From Halomonas sp. M4R1S46 (GTDB lineage: Bacteria > Pseudomonadota > Gammaproteobacteria > Pseudomonadales > Halomonadaceae): a stretch of 32,000 bases of DNA. The notes beneath the pieces are model-generated. The model was not told the origin of the DNA, did no database searches, and saw only the letters and a program-made list of their open reading frames with translations. The position numbers and the translations under genes are program-made. Every line of letters starts with the position of its first letter. Position 1 is the first letter of the stretch. The DNA is taken from the NCBI RefSeq assembly GCF_025725685.1, contig NZ_CP107008.1:684235-716234 (forward strand), given 5' to 3'. This document shows, piece by piece, positions 1 through 11,145 of the stretch.

Positions 1-2
1 CC

Positions 3-461
3 ATGTCATTGCCGAGGCCGTCTCTCGCTCGCCTGTCGGCCGTTGCCGGGCCGAGGCCCGCCGGGTCGGGCCAGCCGCTGCTGGGCTGCCGGGTGCGGGC
101 CGGCTTTCCCAGTCCCGCCGATGACCACCTGGACGTGGAGCTCGACCTGCACGCCCATGTGGTGCGCCGCCCGGCGGCCACCTACTTCGTGCGCGCCGAG
201 GGCGACTCGATGCTCGGCGACGGCATCCACGACGGTGACCTGCTGGTGGTGGACCGCAGCCTGGAGCCCCTGCCGGGGCGGGTGGTGATCATCGCCGTGG
301 ATGGCGAGCCCACCGTCAAGCGGCTGACCCGTCACGCCGGGCGGACCTTCCTGGAGGCCAGCAACCCGCGCTTCGCGCCGATGCCGCTGGAGGGGCGCGA
401 GTGCCAGGTCTGGGGGGTGGTGACCCATGTGCTGCATGCCCTGCCCGGGGCGGCGCCGTGA
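3..461 (+). CDS. umuD: UmuD-like S24 peptidase (DNA polymerase V accessory subunit)
   Basis: 152-aa ORF from ATG 3. It carries RAGFPSPA (Ala-Gly self-cleavage context), GDSM (catalytic Ser) and VKRL (Lys) in the order and spacing of E. coli UmuD. It overlaps the next gene in a GTGA junction. Its promoter and SOS box would lie left of the window. Confidence 0.85.
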   Translation: MSLPRPSLARLSAVAGPRPAGSGQPLLGCRVRAGFPSPADDHLDVELDLHAHVVRRPAATYFVRAEGDSMLGDGIHDGDLLVVDRSLEPLPGRVVIIAVDGEPTVKRLTRHAGRTFLEASNPRFAPMPLEGRECQVWGVVTHVLHALPGAAP

Positions 462-1732
462 TCGCCCTGGTCGACAGCAACGACTTCTACGTCAGCTGCG
501 AGCGGGTCTTCGACCCGCGCCTGGAAGGACGGCCGGTGGGCGTGCTCTCCAACAACGACGGCTGCGTGGTGGCCCGCTCGGCGGAGCTCAAGGCGCTGGG
601 CGTGGCCATGGGCGCGCCGATGCACCTGCTGCCGCCGGCGATCCGTCGCCGGGCCACGCTGCTCTCCAGCAACTATGCCCTCTATGGCGACATGAGCCGG
701 CGGGTCAACCGGGTGCTCGGCGAATTCTCCCCGGACGTGGAGCTGTACTCCATCGACGAGAGCTTCGTCGGCTTCACGGGTCTCGCGCCTGCGCGGCTCG
801 AGTCCCAGGGGCGGCGGCTGCGCGAGACCGTGGGACGGGACACGGGGATCCCGGTCTGCGTGGGGCTGGCGCCGACCCGGGTGCTGGCCAAGGCGGCCAA
901 CCGCGTCGCCAAGACGTCGCCCGCGCTGGGCGGGGTCTGCCGTCTCGACGCCGAGGCCGCGGCGACCCGCCGGGTGCTGGAGGGGCTGCCGGTGCATGCG
1001 CTGTGGGGCGTGGCCCGGCGCAGCGCCGAGCGCCTGGCGCTGATGGACATCCATACCGCCTGGCAGCTCCGCGAGGCCGATCCCAAGCGCATTCGTCGCG
1101 CCTTCTCGGTGGTGCTCGAACGCATCGTCTGGGAGCTGCGTGGCCGGCCGGCCATCCTGCCGGACGACTTGGCCGAGCCACGCCAGCGGATCATGGTCTC
1201 ACGCTCCTTCGGCCGCCTGACCGGCGACTGGCGGGATCTCCAGGAGGCGGTGCGCCAGCACGGCGCCCGGGCCGCCGAGAAGCTGCGCCATCAGGGCAGC
1301 CTGGCCCGGGCCGTGCTGGTGTTCCTGCGCAGTGACCCGCACCGGCTCGGTGACCGCCAGTACCACAACAGCGTGGTGGTGCCGCTGGCCGGGCCCAGCG
1401 ACGACAGCCGCGCGCTGCTCGAGGCCGCCGGCCGGGGGCTGGCGGCGATCTTCCTCGCGGACGTGCGTTACCAGAAGTGCGGCGTGATGCTGATGGACCT
1501 GGTGGACGCCGAGTGCCACCAGCTCTCCCTGCTGGCGTTCCGGGACGAGGCCGCCCGGGGGCGCGATCGGCGCCTGATGACGGCGGTGGATCGGCTCAAC
1601 CGCGAGATGGGCCGCGATACCGTGCGCTTCGGGCTGCCGCGCCAGGACACCGCCTGGGCGCTGCGCTGCGAGCGGCGCACTCCGCGCTATACCACCCGCT
1701 GGAACGAGCTGATGCGGGTCAAGGTGCGCTGA
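458..1732 (+). CDS. umuC: UmuC, Y-family translesion DNA polymerase V catalytic subunit
   Basis: From GTG 458 the product begins [49 protein letters not shown], near-collinear with the E. coli UmuC N-terminus (MFALCDVNAFYASCETVF...[21 protein letters not shown]). At 424 aa it is close to the 422 aa of E. coli UmuC. The track start at 401 lies inside umuD and is unlikely. Confidence 0.9.
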   Translation: MIALVDSNDFYVSCERVFDPRLEGRPVGVLSNNDGCVVARSAELKALGVAMGAPMHLLPPAIRRRATLLSSNYALYGDMSRRVNRVLGEFSPDVELYSIDESFVGFTGLAPARLESQGRRLRETVGRDTGIPVCVGLAPTRVLAKAANRVAKTSPALGGVCRLDAEAAATRRVLEGLPVHALWGVARRSAERLALMDIHTAWQLREADPKRIRRAFSVVLERIVWELRGRPAILPDDLAEPRQRIMVSRSFGRLTGDWRDLQEAVRQHGARAAEKLRHQGSLARAVLVFLRSDPHRLGDRQYHNSVVVPLAGPSDDSRALLEAAGRGLAAIFLADVRYQKCGVMLMDLVDAECHQLSLLAFRDEAARGRDRRLMTAVDRLNREMGRDTVRFGLPRQDTAWALRCERRTPRYTTRWNELMRVKVR

Positions 1733-1809
1733 GGCGCGCCGGTCGAACGCGACAGGCGCGGGTGGACGGATGGGCGGGATCATGTCGCGATCGCCATGAG
1801 GGCACATGG

Positions 1810-1847
1810 AAAAACCGCCATCCGGGGCGAGCCGGATGGCGGTTTTT
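1810..1847. terminator. Bidirectional rho-independent terminator between umuC and tRNA-Thr
   Basis: Perfect 12-bp stem ACCGCCATCCGG (1814-1825) / CCGGATGGCGGT (1832-1843) with a 6-nt loop. It is flanked by an A-run on the left and a T-run on the right. Confidence 0.75.
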
Positions 1848-1856
1848 GCGGTGGTC

Positions 1857-1932
1857 TGGTGCCGGTGAGAGGAGTTGAACCCCCGACCTACGCATTACGA
1901 GTGCGTTGCTCTACCGACTGAGCTACACCGGC
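1857..1932 (-). tRNA. tRNA-Thr (anticodon CGU)
   Basis: The reverse complement reads GCCGGTG TA GCTC AGTCGGTA GAGC A ACGCA CTCGTAA TGCGT AGGTC GGGGG TTCAACT CCTCT CACCGGC ACCA. This is a 76-nt cloverleaf with a perfect acceptor stem, anticodon loop CT-CGT-AA and an encoded CCA. Confidence 0.9.
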
Positions 1933-2002
1933 GTGCCGTGCATCATACGATCACCACGCCGGCCTGCCAAGCGCGCCCGGGGCCTGGCCCCGGGCGCGGG
2001 GT

Positions 2003-3322
2003 TCAGAAGGCGTGGTCGCGTCCCGCGGCCTTGGCCCGCTCCCGGGAGCTGGGGTTCACCGAGGCGCGGAAGGGCATCTCGCAGACCACGGCATCGACCG
2101 GTTGCCCGGGGATGTCGAGGAACTCATCGGGCAGCCAGGCCACCAGTACGGTGCCGATCGCCGCCGCGGCCACCGGCACATAGGCCATGGCGATGTTGGT
2201 ACCGAGCTCCGGCGAGTACCAGGGCGAGGTGATCCAGCCGCAGGGGTCGCCATCGGCGTCGTGGCCGACCAGCCAGAAGTCCGGGGCATAGTCCTCGATG
2301 GGTCGGCCGCCGAGCTTGAGCCCCACCAGCTGGTGGGTGAAGGGCGGCTTGCCCTGGTTGACCAGCTCGCGGGTCCGCTCCAGGGCGTCGCGGCCGATGT
2401 AGTCGGCCTCCTTGGCCTTGGGCACCATATGGCCGAGGTAGCACTGGAAGGGGTTGATCTCGTGGTCCAGATCCTGGCCGTAGGAGAGGATGCCGGCGGC
2501 GATGCGGCGGTGGTGGGCCGGGGCGATCACCTTGAGGGCGTACTTCTCCCCCTTGTCGAGGATGGCGTTCCAGATGGTCTCGGCGTGCAGCGTGGAGTCG
2601 TAGGCGTAGACCTCGTAGCCCTTCTCGCCGGAGAAGCCGGTCTGGGAGATGAGCACGTCGACCCCTTCGATGGTGGCCGCCATCAGGCCGTAGTAGGGCA
2701 CCTCGCGCACCCCTTCGCCGACCAGGTCGGCGATCAGGTCCTCGGACTTGGGGCCCTGGACCTGCAGCGGCGAGACATCGATCTCGTCGATGGTGACGTC
2801 GTAGCGCAGGCCGTGGTTGATGCCCTTGAACCAGTAGGCCAGGTCCGAGTCGCTGATGGTGAACCAGAACTCGTCATCCGCGACGCGCAGCATCACCGGG
2901 TCGTTGAGCACATGGCCCTGCTCGTCGCAGAGCACCACATAGCGGCCCATCATCGTCGGCACCCGGGTCACGTCGCGGGTGCAGACGTAGTTGCAGAAGG
3001 CCTCGGCGCCGGGACCCTTGACGCGGATCGGCCGCTCGACGGCGACGTTCCACAGGGTCACGTCGTTGACCAGGGCGCGGTATTCCTCCATGGCGCCGCC
3101 GTCCTCGGGTCGCACATAGGCGCGCGGGTGGTACATGCGGTTGTAGACGGTGGCCTTCCAGCAGCCGGCCTCGACCGAGAGGTGCCAGTAGGGGGACTTG
3201 CGCACGCGGTTGGAGATCAGCATCTGGATGCCGGGGTCGCCGCTCTGGCGCAGGTTGACCGGTACCAGGCGGTCGCCCTGATCGATGGACTGCTGGAAGT
3301 TCACGTTGGCTTGCTTGGACAT
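2003..3322 (-). CDS. GcvT/DmdA-family aminomethyltransferase (probable folate-dependent demethylase)
   Basis: 439-aa ORF with SD GAGGAG upstream of ATG (3322). The N-terminus NRVRKSPYWHLSVEAGCWKATVYNRMYHP matches the RRxRxTPF...YTVYNHMLLP pattern of DmdA/GcvT-type enzymes. Later blocks LQVQGPKS and TGFSGEKGYE fit the aminomethyltransferase fold. Substrate cannot be assigned. Confidence 0.75.
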   Translation of the reverse strand: MSKQANVNFQQSIDQGDRLVPVNLRQSGDPGIQMLISNRVRKSPYWHLSVEAGCWKATVYNRMYHPRAYVRPEDGGAMEEYRALVNDVTLWNVAVERPIRVKGPGAEAFCNYVCTRDVTRVPTMMGRYVVLCDEQGHVLNDPVMLRVADDEFWFTISDSDLAYWFKGINHGLRYDVTIDEIDVSPLQVQGPKSEDLIADLVGEGVREVPYYGLMAATIEGVDVLISQTGFSGEKGYEVYAYDSTLHAETIWNAILDKGEKYALKVIAPAHHRRIAAGILSYGQDLDHEINPFQCYLGHMVPKAKEADYIGRDALERTRELVNQGKPPFTHQLVGLKLGGRPIEDYAPDFWLVGHDADGDPCGWITSPWYSPELGTNIAMAYVPVAAAAIGTVLVAWLPDEFLDIPGQPVDAVVCEMPFRASVNPSSRERAKAAGRDHAF

Positions 3323-3360
3323 GGCTCGGCACTCCTCGCCCGTTCATATGCCTGAGGGCG

Positions 3361-3419
3361 GAGTCGTGGGCGGCGAGTGAGCGGTCATGCCGAGACCGTC
3401 GCCGAGTCACCCACGACTC
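3361..3419. other. Long imperfect hairpin in the tesB / aminomethyltransferase intergenic leader
   Basis: GAGTCGTGGG (3361-3370) pairs with CCCACGACTC (3410-3419). CGGCGA (3371-3376) pairs with TCGCCG (3399-3404). An inner CGGTC/GACCG stem completes the structure. No U-run follows on either strand. Confidence 0.4.
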
Positions 3420-3572
3420 TGACCCGCGCGGGCGGACGCCCGGAGACGCCCGCGAGGCGACGACCGCGCCCTGGAGGTCGCCGCTACTCTCAAGGTAGGT
3501 AGGCCCTTAGGGGGCAGCGTTCCCGCGGCGACGCCGGGATTCCCCAGCACGACACGCGGCCGGCACCGGGCC

Positions 3573-4385
3573 TCAGCCGCGTAGCCGGGTCAGGCCCTCC
3601 TGGGCGCTGGAGGCGACGAGCCGGCCGTGCCGGTCGTAGATGCTGCCCCGGCTGAGGGCCCGGGCGCCGCCGGCCCAGGGGCTGTCCATGTCGTAGAGCA
3701 GCCAGTCGTTGACCTTGACGTCGTGGTGGAACCAAAGGGCGTGATCGAGGCTGGCGATCTGCAGCGAGGGGTCGCCGAAGCGGATGCCGTGGGGCACCAG
3801 GGCGGTGGTCAGCAGGTTGAAGTCGGAGCTGTAGGCGAGCAGGTAGCGGTGCAGCGCCGGATCGTCGGGCAGCTTGCCGGCCAGCCGGAACCACAGCCGC
3901 TTGCGCGCCGGCTGGCCGGCCTCGGCCGCGTCGTCCAGGGGCAGGAACTCGATGGGGTGGCCCGGGAAGCGGGTCACCCGGCCGGCCTCCGGGTCCACGT
4001 GCTCGGGGGGTGTCACCTCGGGCATCCGCGGCTGGTGGGCGAGGCTCGTCTCCTCGCCGTGGAAGGAGGCGCTGCAGAAGAAGATCGGTCGGCCCTTCTG
4101 GATGGCGGTGACCCGACGGGTGGTGAAGCTGGCGCCGTCGCGCACGGCATCGACCTGGTAGACCACCGGGCGGCTGGCGTCGCCGGGACGCAGGAAGTAG
4201 CCGTGCAGGGAGTGCACCCGCCGCGAGGCGTCCACGGTGTGGGTCGCGGCGGAGAGGGCCTGGCCCAGCACCTGGCCGCCGAACAGCTGGGGCAGGCCGA
4301 GGTCCTGGCTGCGACCACGGAACAGGTTCTCCTCCAGGGGTTCGAGACCGAGCAGGTCCACCAGGGCGTTCAGGGCGTCGGGCAT
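3573..4385 (-). CDS. tesB: Acyl-CoA thioesterase II
   Basis: From ATG at 4385 (SD GGAGG upstream) the product reads MPDALNALVDLLGLEPLEENLFRGRSQDLGLPQLFGGQVLGQAL...HSLHGYFLRPGD...RDGASFTTRRV. This is collinear with E. coli TesB ([34 protein letters not shown]...HSFHSYFLRPGD). The track start at 4472 adds 29 implausible residues. Confidence 0.88.
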   Translation of the reverse strand: MPDALNALVDLLGLEPLEENLFRGRSQDLGLPQLFGGQVLGQALSAATHTVDASRRVHSLHGYFLRPGDASRPVVYQVDAVRDGASFTTRRVTAIQKGRPIFFCSASFHGEETSLAHQPRMPEVTPPEHVDPEAGRVTRFPGHPIEFLPLDDAAEAGQPARKRLWFRLAGKLPDDPALHRYLLAYSSDFNLLTTALVPHGIRFGDPSLQIASLDHALWFHHDVKVNDWLLYDMDSPWAGGARALSRGSIYDRHGRLVASSAQEGLTRLRG

Positions 4386-4410
4386 TCCGGGTATCCTCCA
4401 GGGGCCATGA

Positions 4411-4959
<549 letters not shown>

Positions 4960-4996
4960 TGGCGGCCGGTCATGCGGGAGGCGAGCCCCCGCCGGC

Positions 4997-6460
4997 TCAA
5001 CTGCTCGGGGGCACCAGATCGAAGAGGCCGCTCTCGGCCGCTTCGGGGAGCCGGGCATTGAGCTGGTGGAACTGCTGCTGGCTGCGGTCCACGTAGGCGA
5101 GGATCTCGTAATAGCGGCGGATGTTGCGGACATAGATGACCGGTTCGCCGCCCCGCGCATAGCCGTGGCGCGTCTTGCTGAACCATTCGCGCTCCTGAAG
5201 CAGCGGCAGGGCGTCGCGCACGTCCGCCCAGGCGTCGGGATCGCCGCCGCGCCGCTCGGCGAGGCGGCGGGCATCGTAGAGGTGGCCGAGGCCGACGTTG
5301 TAGGCGGCCAGCGCCATGAACAGCCGGTCCTCGCCGGTGATCGACTCGGGCAGGCGGTCCTTCAGTTCGCGAAGGTAGCGCGCCCCGCCGTCGATGCTCT
5401 GGGCCGGGTCGAGCCGGTCGTCGACGTCCATCTCCGCGGCGGTGGCGTTGGTCAGCATCATCAGGCCGCGCACGCCGGTCGGTGAGGTGGCGCGGGGGCG
5501 CCAGTGGGATTCCTGGTAGCCCACCGCGGCGAGCAGCTTCCAGTCGAAGCCGGAGCCCCGCGCCGCCTCGCGGAACAGCTCGGTGTAGTCCGGCAGGCGG
5601 GCGTGGACATGGCCGATGAAGGTGCGGGCGCCGACGTACTCCAGGTAGTTGTCGCGGCCGAAGTAGCGGGTCTCGAGGCGCTCGAGCAGGCCGCTGCCCT
5701 GGAGCTGGTCGAGGAAGCGGTTGGCCTCGCGGACCAGCCCGAGCCCCTGCCCGGCGGGAAAGGCCCAGGCCAGGGAGAGCGGCTTGCCGAGCCGGAAGCC
5801 GTCCTCCACCTCGGGAAAGAACAGGCGGTTGAGGCGGAACTGGTGCTCGAAGACCACGGCGGCGTCCAGGCGGCCGTTGGCCACCTGGCCCAGCAGTGCC
5901 GCCACTTCCATGTCGTCGGACTCCTTCCAGCTCAGCTGCGGGTATTCGGCCTGCAGCTCACGCATCACCCGGTCGGTCCCGGTGTCGCTGAGGGTGCCGA
6001 TCTCCAGTCCCGCCAGGTCGTCGATGCCCTGCGGCGGCGGCAGCCCGCGGCGATAGACCAGCAGCGGCTGCAGCGGCATGATCGGCCGGCTGAACAGCAG
6101 ACCCGGTTGGGTCGGGTCCAGGGGCAGGGCGGCGGCACCCAGATCCCCCTCCTCGCGGACCGCCTCCAGGACGCCGGCGATGTTGTGGTCGGCGTCGAGG
6201 GTCAGGCTGACGCCCAGGTGGTCGGCGAAGCGGCGCATCAGCTCGTACTCGAAGCCGGTGGGGCCCTCGCGCCCCTCGTAGTAGGTGGTGGGGGTGTTGC
6301 GGGTCTGGATGCTGAGGAAGTCCCGCTCGCGCACGGCCTCCAGGTGCGGCCCCGGCGAGCGGTCCGGCGGGTCGGAAACCAGGCCGAGCAGCAGCAGGGC
6401 GCACAGGGTCAGGTAGCCTCGCCGGTGGCGGCGGAGGTGGGCGAACAGGGGTGCGGGCAT
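4997..6460 (-). CDS. mltF: Membrane-bound lytic murein transglycosylase F
   Basis: 487 aa with a signal/anchor-like N-terminus. A periplasmic solute-binding (family 3) like N-domain is followed by an SLT domain ([24 protein letters not shown]...AYNVGLGHL). It keeps the conserved tadA-mltF-purL synteny. Confidence 0.85.
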   Translation of the reverse strand: MPAPLFAHLRRHRRGYLTLCALLLLGLVSDPPDRSPGPHLEAVRERDFLSIQTRNTPTTYYEGREGPTGFEYELMRRFADHLGVSLTLDADHNIAGVLEAVREEGDLGAAALPLDPTQPGLLFSRPIMPLQPLLVYRRGLPPPQGIDDLAGLEIGTLSDTGTDRVMRELQAEYPQLSWKESDDMEVAALLGQVANGRLDAAVVFEHQFRLNRLFFPEVEDGFRLGKPLSLAWAFPAGQGLGLVREANRFLDQLQGSGLLERLETRYFGRDNYLEYVGARTFIGHVHARLPDYTELFREAARGSGFDWKLLAAVGYQESHWRPRATSPTGVRGLMMLTNATAAEMDVDDRLDPAQSIDGGARYLRELKDRLPESITGEDRLFMALAAYNVGLGHLYDARRLAERRGGDPDAWADVRDALPLLQEREWFSKTRHGYARGGEPVIYVRNIRRYYEILAYVDRSQQQFHQLNARLPEAAESGLFDLVPPSS

Positions 6461-6617
6461 GGGCGCGATGGGCAGCGACGGAAGGCTCCACCTTACCCAG
6501 CCGCCGGTCGGCTGTCATCCATGCCGATTTCTCGCGACCGGTGCTTTCCAGTATCATGTGCGCTCGTTGCCGCCGGCCGCGGCCCCGTCATTCCGCTTGT
6601 TTCAGAGGCCCCAGGAT

Positions 6618-9600
6618 ATGCTCGAACTGCGTGGTGCGCCCGCCTTATCCGCTTTCCGTCATGCCAAGCTGCTGGCCGCCCTGCGTGCCGCCGTTCCCGA
6701 GGTCGAGGCACTCACCGCCGACTATCTGCACTTCGTCGATCATGAGGGCGACCTGGCCGGCGAGGACCGGCGCCTGCTCGAGCGGCTGCTGGACTATGGC
6801 CCGAGCCGGGACGAGGACGCCGCTGCCGGCGAGGGCCGGCTGTTCCTGGTGGTACCGCGCATCGGCACCCAGTCGCCCTGGTCCTCCAAGGCCACCGATA
6901 TCGCGCACAACTGCGGCCTGACACGGATCCAGCGCCTGGAGCGGGGCATCGCCTACCGGGTGAGCTTCGCCGGCACCCTCTCCGAGGAGGCCTTCGAGAC
7001 CGTCACCGCGCTGCTCCACGACCGCATGACCGAGACGGTGCTGTTCGACGCCTCGGATGCCGCCCGGCTGTTCGCCCATCATGAGCCGGCGCCGCTCGGC
7101 CAGGTGGATATCCTCGCCGGCGGTCGCGCCGCCCTGGCGACCGCCAACGTCGAGCTGGGCCTGGCGCTTGCCGAGGATGAGATCGACTACCTGTGCGAGG
7201 CCTTCCAGGGGCTCGAGCGCAATCCCTCGGATGTCGAGCTGATGATGTTCGCCCAGGCCAACTCCGAGCACTGCCGCCACAAGATCTTCAACGCCGACTG
7301 GGTGGTGGACGGCGAGGCCCAGCCGCGCTCGCTGTTCAAGATGATCAAGAACACCTATGAGGCCTCGCCGGACGACATCCTCTCCGCCTACAGCGACAAC
7401 GCTGCGGTGATCCGCGGCAGCCAGGCCGGGCGCTTCTTCGCCGCGCCGCTGACCGGTGCCGCCGCCGAGCGTGCCGTCTACGCCGCCCATCAGGAGCCGG
7501 TGAACATCCTGATGAAGGTGGAGACCCACAACCACCCCACGGCCATCGCCCCGCATCCGGGGGCGGCCACCGGGGCCGGCGGCGAGATCCGCGACGAGGG
7601 CGCCACCGGCATCGGCGGCAAGCCCAAGGCGGGCCTGACCGGCTTCACCGTCTCCAACCTGCGCATCCCCGAATTCGTCCAGCCCTGGGAAGCCTTCGAC
7701 TACGGCAAGCCCGAGCGCATCGTCAGCGCCCTGGACATCATGCTGGAGGGGCCCATCGGCGGCGCCGCCTTCAACAACGAGTTCGGTCGTCCCAACCTGG
7801 CCGGTTACTTCCGCAGCTACGAGCAGGAGGCCCTGGGCGGTGAGGGCATCGAGCGTCGCGGCTACCACAAGCCGATCATGCTGGCCGGCGGCTACGGCAA
7901 CATCCGCGAGGAGCACGTCGAGAAGGGCGAGATTCCCGTCGGCGGCAAGCTGATCGTGATGGGCGGCCCGGCCATGCTGATCGGCCTGGGCGGCGGGGCG
8001 GCCTCCTCCATGGCCTCCGGCACGTCCAGCGCCGACCTCGACTTCGCCTCGGTGCAGCGCGACAACCCCGAGATCGAGCGCCGTGTCCAGGAGGTCATCG
8101 ACCGCTGCTGGGCACTGGGCGGCGACAACCCGATCCGCTTCATCCACGACGTGGGTGCCGGCGGCCTCTCCAACGCCCTGCCGGAGCTGGTCAAGGACGG
8201 CGGGCGGGGCGGTCGCTTCGAGCTGCGCGAGGTGCCCAACGCCGAGCCGGGCATGAGCCCGCTGGAGATCTGGTGCAACGAGGCCCAGGAGCGCTACGTG
8301 CTGGCCGTGGCCCCGGAGGACCTGGCGACGTTCGATGCCTTCTGCCGGCGCGAGCGCTGCCCCTACGCGGTGGTCGGCGAGGCCATCGAGGCTCACCATC
8401 TGGAGGTCCGCGACGGCCACTTCTCGACCAAGCCGGTGGACCTGCCGATGAGCGTGCTGTTCGGCAAGCCGCCGAAGATGCAGCGCGAGTTCACCCGCGA
8501 GCGCCGCGAGATGCCCGGCGTGATGCTCGACAACCTGGACCTGCGCGAGGCCATGGACCGGGTGCTGCGCCTGCCCACCGTGGCCTCCAAGAACTTCCTG
8601 ATCACCATCGGCGACCGCTCCATCACCGGCCAGGTGGCTCGCGACCAGATGGTCGGCCCCTGGCAGGTGCCGGTGGCCGACGTGGCCGTGACCACGGCGA
8701 CCTTCGATACTCATGCCGGCGAGGCCATGGCCATGGGCGAGCGCCCGCCGGTGGCGCTGATCGATCCGGCGGCCAGCGCCAGGCTGGCGGTGGCCGAGAC
8801 CATCACCAACCTGGCCGCCGCGCCGATCGCCAGGCTCGGCGACATCAAGCTCTCCGCCAACTGGATGAGCGCGGCCAGCCATCCCGGCGAGAACCAGGCG
8901 CTGTATGACGCCGTGCATGCCGTGGGCATGGAGCTGTGCCCGGCACTGGGCATCGCGGTGCCGGTGGGGAAGGACTCCATGTCCATGCGCACCGCCTGGG
9001 AGGAAGAGAACGACAGGGGGGAGCGCGAGGAGAAGAGCGTCACCGCGCCGCTATCGCTGGTGACCACCGGCTTCGCCCCGGTCACCGATGCCATGCGCAC
9101 CCTGACCCCGCAGATCAACCTGGAGCAGGACGAGTCCGACCTGATCCTGATCGACCTGGGCGGCGGCCGCAATCGCCTCGGCGGCTCGGCGCTGGCCCAG
9201 GTGTATGGCCAGGTGGGCGACGCCTGCCCGGACCTGGATGACCCGGAGGACCTCAAGGCCTTCTTCTCGGTGATCCAGGGCCTCAATGCCGACGGCAAGC
9301 TGCTGGCCTACCACGACCGCAGCGACGGCGGTCTGCTGGTCACCCTGCTGGAGATGGCCTTCGCCGCCCATGCCGGCCTCGAGGTCAAGCTCGACTGGCT
9401 GATCGACGAGCCCATCGAGGCCTTCAACGCCCTGTTCGCCGAGGAATTGGGGGCGGTCATCCAGGTCTCGCGGCAGTACACCGAGGAGGTGCTGGCGCAG
9501 TTCGCCGCGGCGGGCCTCGAGACCTGCGGCGTGATCGCCCGGCCGCGCTACGACGACCAGGTGCGGGTGACCCTGTTCGAGGAGCCGCTGCTCGAGACCA

Positions 9601-10556
9601 CCCGCCTGCTGGCCCAGCGCACCTGGACGGAGACCAGCTACCGCATGCAGGCGCTGCGCGACAACGCCGACTGCGCCAAGAGCGAGTTCGACGGCCTGCT
9701 CGACGGCCGCGACCCCGGCCTCTCGGCGGTACCGACCTTCGACGTCGACGAGGACATCGCCGCGCCCTTCATCAACACCGCCAAGCCGGCGGTGGCGGTG
9801 CTGCGCGAGCAGGGCGTCAACGGCCACCTGGAGATGGCCTGGGCCTTCGACCATGCCGGCTTCGAGGCGGTGGACGTGCACATGAGCGACATCCTCGAGG
9901 GGCGGGTGTCCCTGGAGGACTTCCAGGGCCTGGTGGCCTGCGGCGGCTTCTCCTACGGCGACGTCCTGGGCGCCGGCGGTGGCTGGGCCAAGTCGGTGCT
10001 GTTCAATGCGCGTGCCCGGGAGCAGTTCGCCGGCTTCTTCACCCGCGACGACAGCTTCTCCCTGGGGGTCTGCAACGGCTGCCAGATGCTCGCCCAGCTC
10101 AAGGAGCTGATCCCCGGTGCCGAGGACTGGCCGCGCTTCGTGCGCAACGAGTCGGAGCAGTTCGAGGCCCGGGTGGCTATGGTACGGGTGGAGGAGAGCC
10201 CGTCGATCCTGCTCGCCGGCATGGAGGGCTCGCGGCTGCCGATCGCCGTGGCCCATGGGGAGGGACGCGCCGAGTTCCGCGACAGCGCCCACCTGCGCGG
10301 CATGCAGGGCTCAAGCCAGGTGGCGCTGCGTTACGTGGACAACTATGGCCAGGTCACCACCCGCTATCCGGCCAATCCCAACGGCTCGCCGTCGGGAATC
10401 ACCGGCCTGACCACCCCGGACGGCCGGGTGACCATCATGATGCCGCACCCGGAGCGCGTGGTGCGGGCGGTGACCAACTCCTGGCGGCCTGCCGACTGGA
10501 CCCGCGACGGGGCCTGGATGCGTCTGTTCCGCAACGCCCGGCGCTGGCTGGGCTGA
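6618..10556 (+). CDS. purL: Phosphoribosylformylglycinamidine synthase (large single-chain form)
   Basis: From ATG 6618 the product starts [19 protein letters not shown], the canonical PurL start. It is 1312 aa and ends in a glutaminase domain (GVCNGCQML...MPHPER). The track start at 6459 overlaps mltF and adds a non-homologous extension. Confidence 0.95.
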   Translation: MLELRGAPALSAFRHAKLLAALRAAVPEVEALTADYLHFVDHEGDLAGEDRRLLERLLDYGPSRDEDAAAGEGRLFLVVPRIGTQSPWSSKATDIAHNCGLTRIQRLERGIAYRVSFAGTLSEEAFETVTALLHDRMTETVLFDASDAARLFAHHEPAPLGQVDILAGGRAALATANVELGLALAEDEIDYLCEAFQGLERNPSDVELMMFAQANSEHCRHKIFNADWVVDGEAQPRSLFKMIKNTYEASPDDILSAYSDNAAVIRGSQAGRFFAAPLTGAAAERAVYAAHQEPVNILMKVETHNHPTAIAPHPGAATGAGGEIRDEGATGIGGKPKAGLTGFTVSNLRIPEFVQPWEAFDYGKPERIVSALDIMLEGPIGGAAFNNEFGRPNLAGYFRSYEQEALGGEGIERRGYHKPIMLAGGYGNIREEHVEKGEIPVGGKLIVMGGPAMLIGLGGGAASSMASGTSSADLDFASVQRDNPEIERRVQEVIDRCWALGGDNPIRFIHDVGAGGLSNALPELVKDGGRGGRFELREVPNAEPGMSPLEIWCNEAQERYVLAVAPEDLATFDAFCRRERCPYAVVGEAIEAHHLEVRDGHFSTKPVDLPMSVLFGKPPKMQREFTRERREMPGVMLDNLDLREAMDRVLRLPTVASKNFLITIGDRSITGQVARDQMVGPWQVPVADVAVTTATFDTHAGEAMAMGERPPVALIDPAASARLAVAETITNLAAAPIARLGDIKLSANWMSAASHPGENQALYDAVHAVGMELCPALGIAVPVGKDSMSMRTAWEEENDRGEREEKSVTAPLSLVTTGFAPVTDAMRTLTPQINLEQDESDLILIDLGGGRNRLGGSALAQVYGQVGDACPDLDDPEDLKAFFSVIQGLNADGKLLAYHDRSDGGLLVTLLEMAFAAHAGLEVKLDWLIDEPIEAFNALFAEELGAVIQVSRQYTEEVLAQFAAAGLETCGVIARPRYDDQVRVTLFEEPLLETTRLLAQRTWTETSYRMQALRDNADCAKSEFDGLLDGRDPGLSAVPTFDVDEDIAAPFINTAKPAVAVLREQGVNGHLEMAWAFDHAGFEAVDVHMSDILEGRVSLEDFQGLVACGGFSYGDVLGAGGGWAKSVLFNARAREQFAGFFTRDDSFSLGVCNGCQMLAQLKELIPGAEDWPRFVRNESEQFEARVAMVRVEESPSILLAGMEGSRLPIAVAHGEGRAEFRDSAHLRGMQGSSQVALRYVDNYGQVTTRYPANPNGSPSGITGLTTPDGRVTIMMPHPERVVRAVTNSWRPADWTRDGAWMRLFRNARRWLG

Positions 10557-10569
10557 TTCTCCGCGCCTG

Positions 10570-10615
10570 CCGACACGCCGACGCCCGGGCCATGGCCCGG
10601 GCGTCGGCGTGTCGG
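10570..10615. terminator. Perfect 46-bp palindrome between convergent purL and the zinc-ribbon gene
   Basis: CCGACACGCCGACGCCCGGGCC-AT-GGCCCGGGCGTCGGCGTGTCGG, with 22-bp perfect arms. There are no flanking U-tracts, so function as an intrinsic terminator is uncertain. Confidence 0.5.
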
Positions 10616-10618
10616 GGG

Positions 10619-10834
10619 TCAGGTGGCGCCGTTCTCCGAGGGGTTGTCGACCGCCTTCAGTTGGGCCTCCAGATCGTCGAGGAGGTGGCGGAACTGGGCC
10701 TGGAAGTAGTCGTGACGACCGAAGTCGTGACCGCAGCCATCGCAATAGACGTGATACTGATCATGGCGCCCCGGCGGGAACCGCTTCACTCGGCTGCCGC
10801 ACTTGGGGCATTCGGGGCGGGTCTTCGCTTTCAT
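10619..10834 (-). CDS. Small zinc-ribbon protein (hypothetical)
   Basis: 71 aa with two CxxC pairs (CPKCGS ... CDGCGH). SD AGGAGAGG lies upstream of ATG (10834). Confidence 0.6.
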   Translation of the reverse strand: MKAKTRPECPKCGSRVKRFPPGRHDQYHVYCDGCGHDFGRHDYFQAQFRHLLDDLEAQLKAVDNPSENGAT

Positions 10835-11145
10835 ATGCGCCTCTCCTGTCTCGACGATGGGCGATCCAGTCGCCCGGACATACTCCTAGGTATCATGGCT
10901 GGCCGCGCTTTGGTCAAGTGACGGCCGTTGAATGCCAGTTTCTGGAAAACCCTTCCATCAAGGCTTGCGCTGTCCCGGTGTGCGGTCTATGAGAGCGTCT
11001 CGGGCGTCGGCATGGGGTCCGGAAGCCCGTGACGGCGTGTGAGACGGATGCATGAAGGGCTGAGCCTGCTGGACCAGGCGGCAGCGCCCCTGACGCGGCC
11101 GGCCGCGGCCGGTAAGATGGCGCCACCGTCGCTGAGAGGCCCGTC

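Noticed and set aside
401-457. Longer starts for umuC (401), purL (6459) and tesB (4472)
   Set aside because: Each extension overlaps the neighbouring gene or adds residues absent from the well-known orthologs. Internal starts with SDs or coupling junctions reproduce the canonical N-termini.
2012-3355. 447-aa plus-strand ORF
   Set aside because: It is an antisense shadow of the GcvT-family gene. The translation is G/A/V/H/D-rich low complexity with no motifs, whereas the minus-strand product has clear family motifs and an SD.
3323-3360. Glycine riboswitch upstream of the GcvT-family gene
   Set aside because: The minus-strand leader contains CTCAGGCATATGAACGGG, reminiscent of the conserved CUCAGGCAAAAGGAC. 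The other conserved aptamer blocks (GGAGAG ... CCGAAGG(A/G)GCAA) are absent, so this is judged coincidental.
6645-8918. 757-aa minus-strand ORF (also 9051-10292, 413 aa)
   Set aside because: Both are antisense to purL, whose identity is unambiguous. They are typical stop-free shadow frames of high-GC coding DNA.
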